Shown here: positions 1 through 8,977 of the stretch, in pieces
Layout: each line of letters starts with the position of its first letter
Numbering within the stretch: position 1 is the first letter of the stretch
The notes under the pieces: generated by a model
The model's input: the letters and a program-made list of their open reading frames with translations, nothing else
Databases searched by the model: none
Told to the model about the DNA's origin: nothing
NCBI GenBank assembly: GCA_943368005.1
Contig: CALRKN020000008.1
Span: 75,705-139,704 of the forward strand
Source of the DNA: Bradyrhizobium ivorense
Lineage (GTDB): Bacteria > Cyanobacteriota > Cyanobacteriia > PCC-6307 > Cyanobiaceae
DNA length: 64,000 bases
Direction: 5' to 3'
Program-made: the position numbers and the translations under genes

Positions 1-570
1 TATCAGCGGCTGCGGGTGGTGTCCTTCCTCGATCCCTGGAAGGACGCCCAGGGCGATGGCTACCAGCTGGTGCAGAGCCTGCTGGCCATCGGCTCCGGCG
101 GGATTTTCGGCGAAGGATTCGGGCTGTCCACCCAGAAGCTGCAGTACTTGCCGATTCAGAGCACGGATTTCATTTTTGCCGTGTTCGCTGAGGAGTTCGG
201 TTTCGTGGGGTCGCTGGTGTTCCTGGGGTTCCTGCTGCTGTTCGGCTTCGTGGGGCTGCGGGTGGCCCTGGCCTGCCGCAGCAACCAGCAGCGCCTGATC
301 GCCATGGGATGCACCACGCTGCTGGTGGGCCAGTCGATCCTCAACATCGCCGTGGCCAGCGGTGCCATGCCCACCACCGGTCTGCCCCTTCCCCTGATCA
401 GCTACGGAGGCAACTCCTTGATGGCGAGTCTGCTGGTGTGTGGTCTGCTCATCCGCTGCTCCCTGGAATCCGGCGGTGAACTCACCAGCAGGGCTGCAGG
501 CCGCCGCCGCGGTCCCTCGGCCGCAGCAGGCAGCCGCGGATCTGCGTCGACCGTTCCGTTCGCCCGATAG
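1..570 (+). CDS. ftsW: SEDS-family cell division/elongation protein (FtsW/RodA), C-terminal part; 5' end is outside the window
   Basis: Frame 1 is open from base 1 (YQRLRVVSFLDPWKD...). SEDS core motifs are present: GYQLVQSLLAIGSGGIFGEGFG, LPIQSTDFIFAVFAEEFGFVG, TTGLPLPLISYGGNS. The ftsW-ccdA-ccs1 order is typical of cyanobacteria. Confidence 0.8.
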   Translation, partial: YQRLRVVSFLDPWKDAQGDGYQLVQSLLAIGSGGIFGEGFGLSTQKLQYLPIQSTDFIFAVFAEEFGFVGSLVFLGFLLLFGFVGLRVALACRSNQQRLIAMGCTTLLVGQSILNIAVASGAMPTTGLPLPLISYGGNSLMASLLVCGLLIRCSLESGGELTSRAAGRRRGPSAAAGSRGSASTVPFAR

Positions 571-579
571 CCTCGGTGC

Positions 580-1326
580 ATGACCAGTCTTGGGGCCTTC
601 TCCGCCAATTGGACACTGGCCCTCAGTGACCTGGCCCACGCCAGCGAGAAACTGCTGCAGCAGTCCCTCTCCCACCCCGGGCCTGCCACCCTGGCCCTGG
701 TCTTCCTGGGAGGATTGCTCACCAGCCTCGGACCCTGCTCCCTTTCCCTGCTGCCGGTGACTCTGGCCTATCTGGCCGGTTTCAGTGCGCAGCGAGGCCA
801 GCGGCCCTGGCTGCGCAGCGCCAGCTTCGCGGCGGGCATCGTGGCCTCCCTGGTGATGCTGGGGCTGTTCAGTGGTCTCCTCGGTCACATCTACGGCCAA
901 ATTCCTGGGCTGATTCCCACCCTGGTGGCCGTGCTGGCCCTGCTGATGGGCCTGAATCTGCTCGGTCTGCTGCGGCTGCCGCTGCCCGCGGGCCCGGACC
1001 CTGAACGCTGGCGCAGGAGGGTGCCGCCACCCCTGGCGCCCATGGCTGCCGGCCTGGCCTTCGGGCTGGCAGCCACGCCGTGCACAACACCGATCCTGGC
1101 GGTGCTGCTGGGCTGGATGGCCCAGACAGGCAGGCCCCTGGTGGGCATGCTCATGCTCACCAGCTTTGGAGCCGGCCAGGTGATGCCCCTGCTGCTGGCC
1201 GGCACCGCTGCAGCCAGCCTGCCGAAGCTGCTCACGCTGCGGCGCATCGGCCAATGGGTCCCCCCGATCAGCGGTGTGGTGCTGGTGACCACGGGCGTTC
1301 TCACGCTGCTCGCCCACTGGACCTGA
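580..1326 (+). CDS. ccdA: Cytochrome c biogenesis thiol-disulfide transporter CcdA (DsbD family)
   Basis: 248-aa polytopic membrane protein. It carries the two CcdA Cys-containing TM motifs, [14 protein letters not shown] and [14 protein letters not shown], and sits directly upstream of ccs1. Confidence 0.85.
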   Translation: MTSLGAFSANWTLALSDLAHASEKLLQQSLSHPGPATLALVFLGGLLTSLGPCSLSLLPVTLAYLAGFSAQRGQRPWLRSASFAAGIVASLVMLGLFSGLLGHIYGQIPGLIPTLVAVLALLMGLNLLGLLRLPLPAGPDPERWRRRVPPPLAPMAAGLAFGLAATPCTTPILAVLLGWMAQTGRPLVGMLMLTSFGAGQVMPLLLAGTAAASLPKLLTLRRIGQWVPPISGVVLVTTGVLTLLAHWT

Positions 1327-1345
1327 GCGTCTCTCCCCCTCGCCG

Positions 1346-2668
1346 ATGCCCGCTACCCCCGCCAGGCTCCTCAATCGCATCGCCGCCTGGATCTCCGATC
1401 TGCGGCTGGCCATCGCTCTGTTGCTGGTGATCGCCATCACCAGTGGAATCGGCACCGCCATCCCCCAGCGGGAGCCGGAGGGGCTGTATCACCAGTTGTA
1501 CGACCAGACCCCCTGGCTGGGGCTGCTCAGGGGCGATGCGGTGCTCGGTCTGCAGCTCGACCACGTGTATTCCAGCGGCTGGTTTCTGGGCCTGCTGGGC
1601 TGGCTGGCCCTCTCCCTGCTGCTCTGCAGCTGGCGCCGCCAGTGGCCCGCCCTGCAGGCGGCCCTGCGTTGGATCGACTACCGCTCCCCACGCCAAATGA
1701 GCAAACTCAGCCTCGCTGAGACCGTGACTTGCGAAGACGCCGATGCCAGCCTGCAGGCCCTGGAACAGCGCCTGCGGCTGCAGGGCTGGCAGATCCGACC
1801 CGAGCAGCACCGACTGGCAGCCCGCAAGGGAGTGCTCGGACGGGTGGGCCCCCTGCTGGTACATGCCGGCCTGGTGGTGCTGATGTTGGGCGCGGCCTGG
1901 GGCGTACTCGGAGGGCGACGGGCTGAACAATTCCTGGCACCGGGGCGCAGCCTCGAACTGATGGACAGCCGCGGCCACAGCGAGCTCACCCTTGCCCTCG
2001 ACAGCTTTGTGGTGGAACGCGATCCCGCCGGTCGACCCGAACAGTTCCGCTCTTCCCTGCGCATCCTGAATGGGGATGGCAGCGGGAACAACAACCTGCT
2101 CCAGCAGTCGGAGATCAGCGTGAACCACCCCCTACGCTTCCGGGGGGTAACCCTCTATCAGGCCGACTGGGGGCTGGCTGCGATCAGTGTGCAACTCGGC
2201 CGCAGCCCTGTGCTGCAATTGCCCCTCCAGACCTTCCCCCAGCTGGGGGAGCAGGTGTGGGGGCTGGTGTTGCCCACCCGACCGGATGGCGGCGACCCGG
2301 TGCTGCTGAGCCTGGGCAGTGAACAGGGTCCCGTGGACGTGTACGGCACCGACGGGATGCTGGTTGCCTCGCTGGCAGTGGGGGGCCCCGCCCAGGAGGT
2401 GAATGAACTGCCCATCCGTGTGGCCAGTGTGCTGCCGGCCAGCGGCATTCTGCTCAAGCGGGATCCGGGCGTGCCCCTGGTGTATGCAGGCTTCGCCATC
2501 GCCCTTCTGGGAGGCGGCCTCAGCCTGCTTGCCACCCGACAGCTCTGGGCCATCGCCGAGCCCGGCAGACTGCATGTGGCCGCCCTCTGCAACCGCAACC
2601 TCACAGCCCTGGCCCGGGAACTGCCGGAGCTGATGGCGGAGCTGCCCCAACAGGCGGAGGCCGCCTGA
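1346..2668 (+). CDS. ccs1: Cytochrome c biogenesis protein Ccs1/CcsB (ResB family)
   Basis: 440 aa. N-terminal TM ([23 protein letters not shown]), a large soluble loop, the conserved [18 protein letters not shown] block and a C-terminal TM. Sits next to ccdA. Confidence 0.85.
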   Translation: MPATPARLLNRIAAWISDLRLAIALLLVIAITSGIGTAIPQREPEGLYHQLYDQTPWLGLLRGDAVLGLQLDHVYSSGWFLGLLGWLALSLLLCSWRRQWPALQAALRWIDYRSPRQMSKLSLAETVTCEDADASLQALEQRLRLQGWQIRPEQHRLAARKGVLGRVGPLLVHAGLVVLMLGAAWGVLGGRRAEQFLAPGRSLELMDSRGHSELTLALDSFVVERDPAGRPEQFRSSLRILNGDGSGNNNLLQQSEISVNHPLRFRGVTLYQADWGLAAISVQLGRSPVLQLPLQTFPQLGEQVWGLVLPTRPDGGDPVLLSLGSEQGPVDVYGTDGMLVASLAVGGPAQEVNELPIRVASVLPASGILLKRDPGVPLVYAGFAIALLGGGLSLLATRQLWAIAEPGRLHVAALCNRNLTALARELPELMAELPQQAEAA

Positions 2669-2677
2669 ACCGCCGCC

Positions 2678-3118
2678 TCAGCAGGGCTGGCGCACTCCGT
2701 GACTCACCCGCACCACGGTATGCACGTTGCCGCGCGGGTTGAAGTCGGCTTGGAGCTCCATCCACACCGGTTCACAGGCGAGCACAAAGTCGTCGAGCAG
2801 CCGATTGGCCACCTCCTCATGGGAGATCGAACGATCGCGATAGCTGTTCACGTACAGCTTGATCGCCTTCAGCTCCATCACCCGCGGGCCCGGCTGGTAC
2901 AACAGGCGCAGGGTGGCGAAATCGGGATAACCGGAGAACGGACACCGACAGGTGAACTCGGGCAAGGTGATGGCGATCTCGTAGGCACGACCCGGCCGCG
3001 GGTTGTCGAAGCAGATCAGCTGCGCCTCAGCAATCGCCCGCTCGCCGTAGAGGGGCGTCCGGGTCTGCTCAGCGCCTGGCACGGCAGAGCACTCTGCGGA
3101 CTGCGGGGGCGAGGACAT
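2678..3118 (-). CDS. queF: NADPH-dependent 7-cyano-7-deazaguanine reductase (QueF, type I)
   Basis: 146 aa. QueF blocks are EFTCRCPFSGYPDFATLRLLYQP (catalytic Cys context) and ELKAIKLYVNSYRD. Confidence 0.85.
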   Translation of the reverse strand: MSSPPQSAECSAVPGAEQTRTPLYGERAIAEAQLICFDNPRPGRAYEIAITLPEFTCRCPFSGYPDFATLRLLYQPGPRVMELKAIKLYVNSYRDRSISHEEVANRLLDDFVLACEPVWMELQADFNPRGNVHTVVRVSHGVRQPC

Positions 3119-3170
3119 GGATGGCGGGAAAGAGCCGAAGGGGCGATCCTAGGCAGGGCTACCAGGGGCC

Positions 3171-3184
3171 GTAGCAATGGCTAC
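3171..3184. promoter_or_regulatory. Candidate NtcA binding site (GTA-N8-TAC) upstream of glnB
   Basis: Exact palindromic consensus GTAgcaatggcTAC, 104 nt upstream of the glnB ATG, in the queF/glnB divergent intergenic region. glnB is a known NtcA target in cyanobacteria. The motif is short: about 1 chance hit per 4 kb is expected. Confidence 0.45.
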
Positions 3185-3245
3185 GACAACCCCCGATCAG
3201 CTCAGGTCTGATGGGGCCATCCCTTCCTCCGGCAGGGATCCCTGA

Positions 3246-3626
<381 letters not shown>

Positions 3627-3634
3627 CCCCTTTT

Positions 3635-4471
3635 CTACGGGTGGCCCTCCAGCGTGCTGGTCACCCGTTCCACAATCTGCCCATGGCTCAGGTGCTGGCA
3701 GGCTTCTGCGGTGCCTGCCCGCAGCCACACCAGGTACTCGTGATTTCCCGCCGGGCCGGTCAGCGGTGAGGCCACCAGCCCGACTGCGGTCAGCCCCAGC
3801 CCTCCGGCCGCTGCAACCACACCGGCGATGGCATCGATGTGGGCGGCTGGATCGCGCACCACACCCCCTTTGCCGACCTGGGCCCTGCCCACCTCGAACT
3901 GGGGTTTGACCAGCAGCACCAGATCGAGATCAGCCTGGCCCCCAGCCGGCCCCAGCAGCCCGAGCAGCGCCGGCAGCACCAGGGCCAGGGAAATGAACGA
4001 CACATCCGCAACGGCCAGGTCGGCCATGGGATCCTCCGGGCCATAGAGCTCGGCAGCGGTGAGATGGCGCAGGTTGGTTCGCTCCCGCAGGATCACCCTG
4101 GGGTCGCTGCGCAGGCTCCAGGCCGTCTGGCCGTAGCCCACATCAATCCCGTACACCCGGGCGGCCCCCCGCTGCAGCAGGCAGTCGGTGAACCCGCCGG
4201 TGGAGATGCCCCCATCCACACACACCCGGCCGGCGATGGGAATCGGGAACGCCTCCAGCGCCGCCTCCAGCTTTTCGCCGCCACGGGAGACAAAGCGCTG
4301 GGGCAGCTGCACCTCCAGGGGCAGTCCCGGGGTGACGTCCACGCCCGGCTTGTCGAGCACCCGATCGCCACTGCGCACCCGGCCGGCCCGGATCAGCTGC
4401 TGGGCCTGCTGGCGGCTGACCGCCAGCCCCCGCTGCACCAGTTCCAGGTCCAGACGTTGCTTGCGCGCCAT
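3635..4471 (-). CDS. tlyA: TlyA-family rRNA 2'-O-methyltransferase (S4 + FtsJ-like domains)
   Basis: ATG at 4471 gives MARKQRLDLELVQRGLAVSRQQAQQLIRAGRVR (S4 RNA-binding). SAM motif: VCVDGGISTGGFTDCLLQRGAARVYGIDVG. The ORF track's longer start (4504) adds 11 unconserved residues. Confidence 0.85.
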   Translation of the reverse strand: MARKQRLDLELVQRGLAVSRQQAQQLIRAGRVRSGDRVLDKPGVDVTPGLPLEVQLPQRFVSRGGEKLEAALEAFPIPIAGRVCVDGGISTGGFTDCLLQRGAARVYGIDVGYGQTAWSLRSDPRVILRERTNLRHLTAAELYGPEDPMADLAVADVSFISLALVLPALLGLLGPAGGQADLDLVLLVKPQFEVGRAQVGKGGVVRDPAAHIDAIAGVVAAAGGLGLTAVGLVASPLTGPAGNHEYLVWLRAGTAEACQHLSHGQIVERVTSTLEGHP

Positions 4472-4583
4472 GGCTGTGATCATTCCACACAGCAATTGGA
4501 ACAAAGTCCAAGGAAGTGCAGGCCCACCCCCAACTCACCAGAAGATTGCTGCACCGGATCCCCATCCAACCGCTTCAGCTGCA

Positions 4584-4811
4584 ATGGCCTTGCCGAGTTC
4601 CAGCCATGCCGCCTCCCCACCGGGCCACGCTGCCGTGGTGGAGCTGTTGCGGCCGGGCAGCTTCGTGCGGCTGCGCAACCAGCCGGCCGATCTGCCCCCC
4701 TTTCAGCTGATCCAGTGCCGCGGCGGGCGCTGCTGGGTGCGTCAACAGGCCTGGGGAACCCTGGTGCAGTGGGAAGTGGCCCACCAGCACCTCACCAGCG
4801 TCGCAGCCTGA
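4584..4811 (+). CDS. Small hypothetical protein (75 aa) upstream of purB
   Basis: ATG at 4584 inside the 4188..4811 ORF. The region fills the tlyA-purB gap, and the sequence VRLRNQPADLPPFQLIQCRGGRCWVRQQAWGTLVQWEV does not look like a high-GC shadow frame. I recognise no family. Confidence 0.35.
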   Translation: MALPSSSHAASPPGHAAVVELLRPGSFVRLRNQPADLPPFQLIQCRGGRCWVRQQAWGTLVQWEVAHQHLTSVAA

Positions 4812-4861
4812 CCCGGTGCCGACGACCCATACATTGGTCTGGCTGTGAGCCCCCCGCGGCC

Positions 4862-6157
4862 TTGATCGAGCGTTACACCCTGCCCGAGATGGGCAACCTC
4901 TGGAGCGAAGAGGCCAAGTTCCAGAGTTGGCTGGATGTGGAGATCGCCGCCACCGAGGCCAACGCCGAACTCGGCCGGGTGCCCGCCGAGGCCGTGACCA
5001 CGATCAAGGAAAAGGCCCGCTTCTCGGTGCCGCGCATCCTTGAGATCGAGGCGGAGGTGCGCCACGACGTGATCGCCTTCCTCACCAACGTGAACGAGCA
5101 CGTGGGCGAGGCCGGCCGCCACATCCACGTGGGCATGACCAGCTCGGATGTGCTCGACACCGGCCTGGCGCTGCAGATGAAAGCCTCGGTCCGGCTGCTG
5201 CGTGCCGAGCTCGACCAGCTGGCCGAGGCCATCCGCAACCTTGCCTGCGAGCACAAGGCCACCGTGATGATCGGCCGCAGCCATGCCATCCATGGCGAGC
5301 CCATCACCTTCGGCTTCAAGCTGGCCGGCTGGCTGGCGGAGGTGGAACGCAACCGCGAACGGCTCGAGCGACTGGAGCGGGTGGTGAGTGTGGGCCAGAT
5401 CTCCGGCGCCATGGGCACCTACGCCAACACCGATCCCCAGGTGGAGGAGATCGCCTGCCGCAGGCTGGGCCTAGTGCCCGACACCGCCAGCACCCAGGTG
5501 ATCTCCCGCGACCGGCACGCCGAATACGTGCAGACCCTGGCCCTGGTGGGGGCGGCCCTGGAGCGCTTTTCCACCGAAATCCGCAACCTGCAGCGCACCG
5601 ATGTGCTGGAGGTGGAAGAGAACTTCGCCAAGGGCCAGAAGGGCAGCTCCGCCATGCCCCACAAGCGCAATCCGATCCGCAGCGAGCGCATCGGCGGCCT
5701 GGCCCGGGTGCTGCGCAGCTACGTGGTGGCGGCGCTGGAGAACTGCGCCCTCTGGCACGAGCGCGACATCAGCCACAGTTCAGTGGAGCGGATGATGCTG
5801 CCCGATTGCTCGGCCACGCTGCACTTCATGCTGCGCGAGATGACCGAGGTGGTGAAGGGCCTGGGCGTCTACCCCGACAACATGGCCCGCAACATGAACG
5901 TGTACGGCGGCGTGGTGTTCAGCCAGCGGGTGCTGCTGGCCCTGGTGGAGAGCGGCATCAGCCGTGAGGATGCCTACCGGATCGTGCAGCGCAACGCCCA
6001 CAGCGCCTGGAACACCGAGGGCGGTGACTTCCGCGCCAACCTGGAGGCCGATGCGGAGGTGACCTGCCGCCTCAGCCCCGCCCAACTGGCGGAGTGCTTC
6101 TCCACCGAACTGCACCAAGCCCACCTCGATGTGGTCTGGCAGCGGCTGGGGATCTGA
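4862..6157 (+). CDS. purB: Adenylosuccinate lyase
   Basis: An in-frame TTG at 4862 gives a 431-aa protein starting LIERYTLPEMGNLWSEEAKFQSWLDVEIA. Fumarate-lyase signature GSSAMPHKRNP. The upstream part of the 3839..6157 ORF is antisense to tlyA and is not PurB-like. Confidence 0.9.
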   Translation: MIERYTLPEMGNLWSEEAKFQSWLDVEIAATEANAELGRVPAEAVTTIKEKARFSVPRILEIEAEVRHDVIAFLTNVNEHVGEAGRHIHVGMTSSDVLDTGLALQMKASVRLLRAELDQLAEAIRNLACEHKATVMIGRSHAIHGEPITFGFKLAGWLAEVERNRERLERLERVVSVGQISGAMGTYANTDPQVEEIACRRLGLVPDTASTQVISRDRHAEYVQTLALVGAALERFSTEIRNLQRTDVLEVEENFAKGQKGSSAMPHKRNPIRSERIGGLARVLRSYVVAALENCALWHERDISHSSVERMMLPDCSATLHFMLREMTEVVKGLGVYPDNMARNMNVYGGVVFSQRVLLALVESGISREDAYRIVQRNAHSAWNTEGGDFRANLEADAEVTCRLSPAQLAECFSTELHQAHLDVVWQRLGI

Positions 6158-6171
6158 TCCCCACCCGGACG

Positions 6172-6195
6172 GTCCCGGGGCCGCAGCGCCGGGAC
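6172..6195. terminator. GC-rich hairpin between convergent purB and the OPX gene (possible bidirectional terminator)
   Basis: GTCCCGG-(10 nt)-CCGGGAC, a perfect 7-bp stem, 15 nt after the purB stop and 15 nt after the OPX stop. There is no U-tract. Confidence 0.3.
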
Positions 6196-6209
6196 TCAGT
6201 TGCCGGAAC

Positions 6210-7589
6210 TCAGTTACCGGACAGGATCCGGAACAGCGAGGCCGCATTCAGCAGGGGGCCCAAAGGAGCCACCGCCTGGGCCAGGAAGTCGTTGCCGCGT
6301 GTCCAGCCATTGCGCGGCACGATCACCACGTCGCCGTTGTGGAGAGCGGGGTTCGCCGGTGAATCCAGGGGCGCTGCGGGATCGAACACGATGGTGCGCG
6401 CCGACACGCTGCCATCGCTCTCCAGGCGAAGCAGGCGCATGTCCCGGGGGTTGGCCCGCAGCGGATTCACGTCTCCGGCCGCCATCACGGCAGCGACCAA
6501 AGGACTGTTGGAGCGCACCTGCTGCAGGCCTGGGGTCTTCACCTCTCCCACCACGGTCACACCGATGGTGCCGGGAGCAAAGTTGGAGGCGGCGGTTCGG
6601 ATCAGAACCTGGTTGGGCTGGACCCCTTCGGCCCGGTTCACCTGCACCATGTCGCCGTCATAGAGAAGGGGGTTCACCGTGGTACCTCCCTCCATCAACA
6701 CGCGCAGATAGTCGAAGCGGTACTCCACAGGTGGGCCGCCCGGAATCGCGCTGGGGCGCTGCAGCACGACATTCGAGAGGTCGGCCACGGCGGTGATGCC
6801 CCCCGCCCGTTGCACCGCATCGACCAGCGTGGGCCAGCCGGCACTCTGAATCTGGGTACCCCCCGCCGCCGGACCGGCTGCCTGGAGATTGGCGCTACCA
6901 GGGCCCTGGGTAAGGCTGTAGAAGCCAGGCTTCTGCACTTCGCCCACCATGGTGATCCGCACCGGCCTGGGGGCCAGCAGGTCGAGATACACCAGGGGGC
7001 GGCGCAGGTAGCGGTCGTAACCGGCGGTGATGCGTTGGCGGGCCTCATCCATGGTGAGCCCCCAAACCGGCACAGAGCCCAGCCGCGGCAGGTTGATCGT
7101 GCCGTCGCTGAGCACCTCCACTTCGGCCTCGTAGCCCTCCACCTTGAACACCGACATCCGCAGGCGATCTCCGGGGCCGAGTCGGTAGCGGAAACCCCGG
7201 CCGGGGTCGGTGGACGGGGCCATGGCCACCGGGGACCGGACCAGACCGGGTGCGGGCACGGCTGCGGGCCGCGGGGCGGGAACCGCAACCGGTGCGCGGG
7301 GGGGGCTGGAGGGGGCAGAAGGGGACATGCCGGGCTGGGGAGCCGTCGTCTCCTCCTGCGGGAGGGGGAACACCGGGCGCTGGGGCTGGGCGGCTGCGGG
7401 ATCCCAGGGGCCCAGGAGCGTGACGGCAGCCAGCCATCCGGCCAGGGACCCAGGTACGACGGCTCGAGGACGGGAAGTGGGCAAGGCGGTGCGACGGCAG
7501 TGGGACAGGGGACGGGACGGGGGCTGCAGCTCTCGGCGGGGACTGTCCCAGGCTCTGGTCGAGCTAATCTTCCCGCACCTTGCACCCAA
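6210..7589 (-). CDS. Outer-membrane polysaccharide export protein (OPX; Wza/KpsD-like, Poly_export + SLBB domains)
   Basis: Poly_export block: YRLGPGDRLRMSVFKVEGYEAEVEVLSDGTINLPRLGSVPVWGLTMDEARQRITAGY. Repeated SLBB-like blocks: VGEVQKPGFYSL, VVGEVKTPGLQQV. Hydrophobic signal-like segment: GSLAGWLAAVTLLG. The true start is uncertain; an in-frame TTG near 7470 is possible. Confidence 0.8.
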   Translation of the reverse strand: MGARCGKISSTRAWDSPRRELQPPSRPLSHCRRTALPTSRPRAVVPGSLAGWLAAVTLLGPWDPAAAQPQRPVFPLPQEETTAPQPGMSPSAPSSPPRAPVAVPAPRPAAVPAPGLVRSPVAMAPSTDPGRGFRYRLGPGDRLRMSVFKVEGYEAEVEVLSDGTINLPRLGSVPVWGLTMDEARQRITAGYDRYLRRPLVYLDLLAPRPVRITMVGEVQKPGFYSLTQGPGSANLQAAGPAAGGTQIQSAGWPTLVDAVQRAGGITAVADLSNVVLQRPSAIPGGPPVEYRFDYLRVLMEGGTTVNPLLYDGDMVQVNRAEGVQPNQVLIRTAASNFAPGTIGVTVVGEVKTPGLQQVRSNSPLVAAVMAAGDVNPLRANPRDMRLLRLESDGSVSARTIVFDPAAPLDSPANPALHNGDVVIVPRNGWTRGNDFLAQAVAPLGPLLNAASLFRILSGN

Positions 7590-7627
7590 TCGTGAAGGCG
7601 AAGGAAGGGAGCCCTCCCGGCGGAGCC

Positions 7628-8563
7628 ATGCTGAACCCCCCTGGCCCGGTTTCCCTCCCGCTCCAGCTGGTCGAACGGGAACTTTCCAGCTTTCGCCTGT
7701 ACTCGTCCCAGGGCCTCGACCTCTACCTGCTGCCAGGTGAGCGCTTCGCCCCCTACGCCGATGCGGTGGGCATCCTCAGGGAGCTCACCTACCGCCAGCA
7801 GCTCTCAGGTTCAGGCCACAGCCACGACCTCGACAGCCGGGATCCCCACTACGACCACTTCCTCCTAGTGGAGGGCAGCAGTGGCGAACTGGCCGGTTCC
7901 GCCCGCCTGCAATTCGTGCCCCAGTGCCACGAGGCCGAAGCGGAGCTGCGGCTGCCCCAGGGGTCGCAGTCCTATTTGGAACACGTCTATCCCGGCCTGA
8001 AGGCCTCATTGGCCCGCCAGGGCAACCACTTGGAAATCGGCCGGGTCGCCCTCGCCCCCCGCTTCCAGCGGCTTCCCCACACGCTGATGTGCCTGTTCCG
8101 GGGAGGCCTGCAGGTGGCCGTGAGCTCCGGCTACGGCTCCATTCACGGGTTGGTGTCGTACAACCACTTCGCCCATGCCGATGCCGTGAACGAGCGGTTC
8201 CTGAGCAGCCTGATGCGGCCGCCGTTCCTGGATACCCGCCAACCCTGCCCCCAGCCCCGCCACCCCCTGGAAGCCATCCAGGCCAGCACCAGTCCGGGCC
8301 CGACGCACACGATCCAGGAACTGGAGCAGCTGATCCGCGCCGAATTGGCGCCCTCGTTCCGCCTGCCCGTGCTGCTGCGCCAGTACATCAACCTGATGGA
8401 GGCACGGGTGCGCAACCTCTCCCTGGCCCGCGATTTCAACCAGATCACCGAGATCCTGATGGCCGCCGACCTCAAGCGGATACCCAGTCGTCGCCTCAGC
8501 CATTTCATCGACTTTGCCCATGAGCCCGTCTACCGGCGCTTCAGCTGGTACCGCGGTGGCTGA
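7628..8563 (+). CDS. GNAT-type N-acyltransferase of the OlsB/hemolysin-like family (Acetyltransf_5-like)
   Basis: Blocks line up by eye with OlsB-type enzymes: LRELTYRQQ...DSRDPHYDHFLLV, GSARLQF, LEIGRVALAPRFQR, LPVLLRQYINLMEA, FNQITEILMAADL. ATG at 7628; the track's alternative start is 7580. Confidence 0.65.
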   Translation: MLNPPGPVSLPLQLVERELSSFRLYSSQGLDLYLLPGERFAPYADAVGILRELTYRQQLSGSGHSHDLDSRDPHYDHFLLVEGSSGELAGSARLQFVPQCHEAEAELRLPQGSQSYLEHVYPGLKASLARQGNHLEIGRVALAPRFQRLPHTLMCLFRGGLQVAVSSGYGSIHGLVSYNHFAHADAVNERFLSSLMRPPFLDTRQPCPQPRHPLEAIQASTSPGPTHTIQELEQLIRAELAPSFRLPVLLRQYINLMEARVRNLSLARDFNQITEILMAADLKRIPSRRLSHFIDFAHEPVYRRFSWYRGG

Positions 8564-8620
8564 ACAGCCCCATGCGGACTGGTACGTTTTCATGGATCTG
8601 GAGCTCGGGAAGGGGTTTTG

Positions 8621-8977
8621 ATGCGAGTTGGCCCCGAGCACGAGATCTCCGGAGCTGCCGCGTCCCCCTCCCCAGAGACCGGTCTGATCGACCGGGCCCC
8701 TGCCCTTGACAGGCCGGTGGATCAGGAAGAACTTCAACAGCGGCTGCAGGAAATCCTGCAGCGCATCTCGGGCGCCGATCCCCAGCTGATCACCCCGGAC
8801 GCCCGCCTGATCGAAGACATCGGCATCGATTCGCTCGGGTTCTACGAGATCCTGATCGAGGCAGACGAGTGCCTGGGCATCAAGATCCGCGAGGAAGACC
8901 TGCTCAGCTTCCGCACCGTGGGCGATATTCAACAGCATCTGCGGAGCCTGGAGACCCCTGATGCCCAGGCCCACTGA
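8621..8977 (+). CDS. Stand-alone acyl carrier protein (with about 35-aa N-terminal extension)
   Basis: Phosphopantetheine attachment motif IEDIGIDSLGFYEILIEAD (DSL) within a 4-helix ACP-length core. A GGGAAGGGG purine run lies upstream of the ATG. Confidence 0.8.
   Translation: MRVGPEHEISGAAASPSPETGLIDRAPALDRPVDQEELQQRLQEILQRISGADPQLITPDARLIEDIGIDSLGFYEILIEADECLGIKIREEDLLSFRTVGDIQQHLRSLETPDAQAH

Noticed and set aside
3839-4861. The 5' 341 codons of the 772-aa ORF 3839..6157.
   Set aside because: This part runs antisense to the well-supported tlyA gene. It is Pro/Arg/Gly/His-rich, as expected for an open shadow frame in high-GC DNA, and shows no PurB similarity. PurB homology begins at the in-frame TTG at 4862.
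6194-6221. A 14-bp tandem direct repeat (actcagttgccgga / actcagttaccgga) spanning the stop codon of the OPX gene.
   Set aside because: There are only two imperfect copies. It is most simply a small duplication of the gene's 3' end, and I can infer no function from it.
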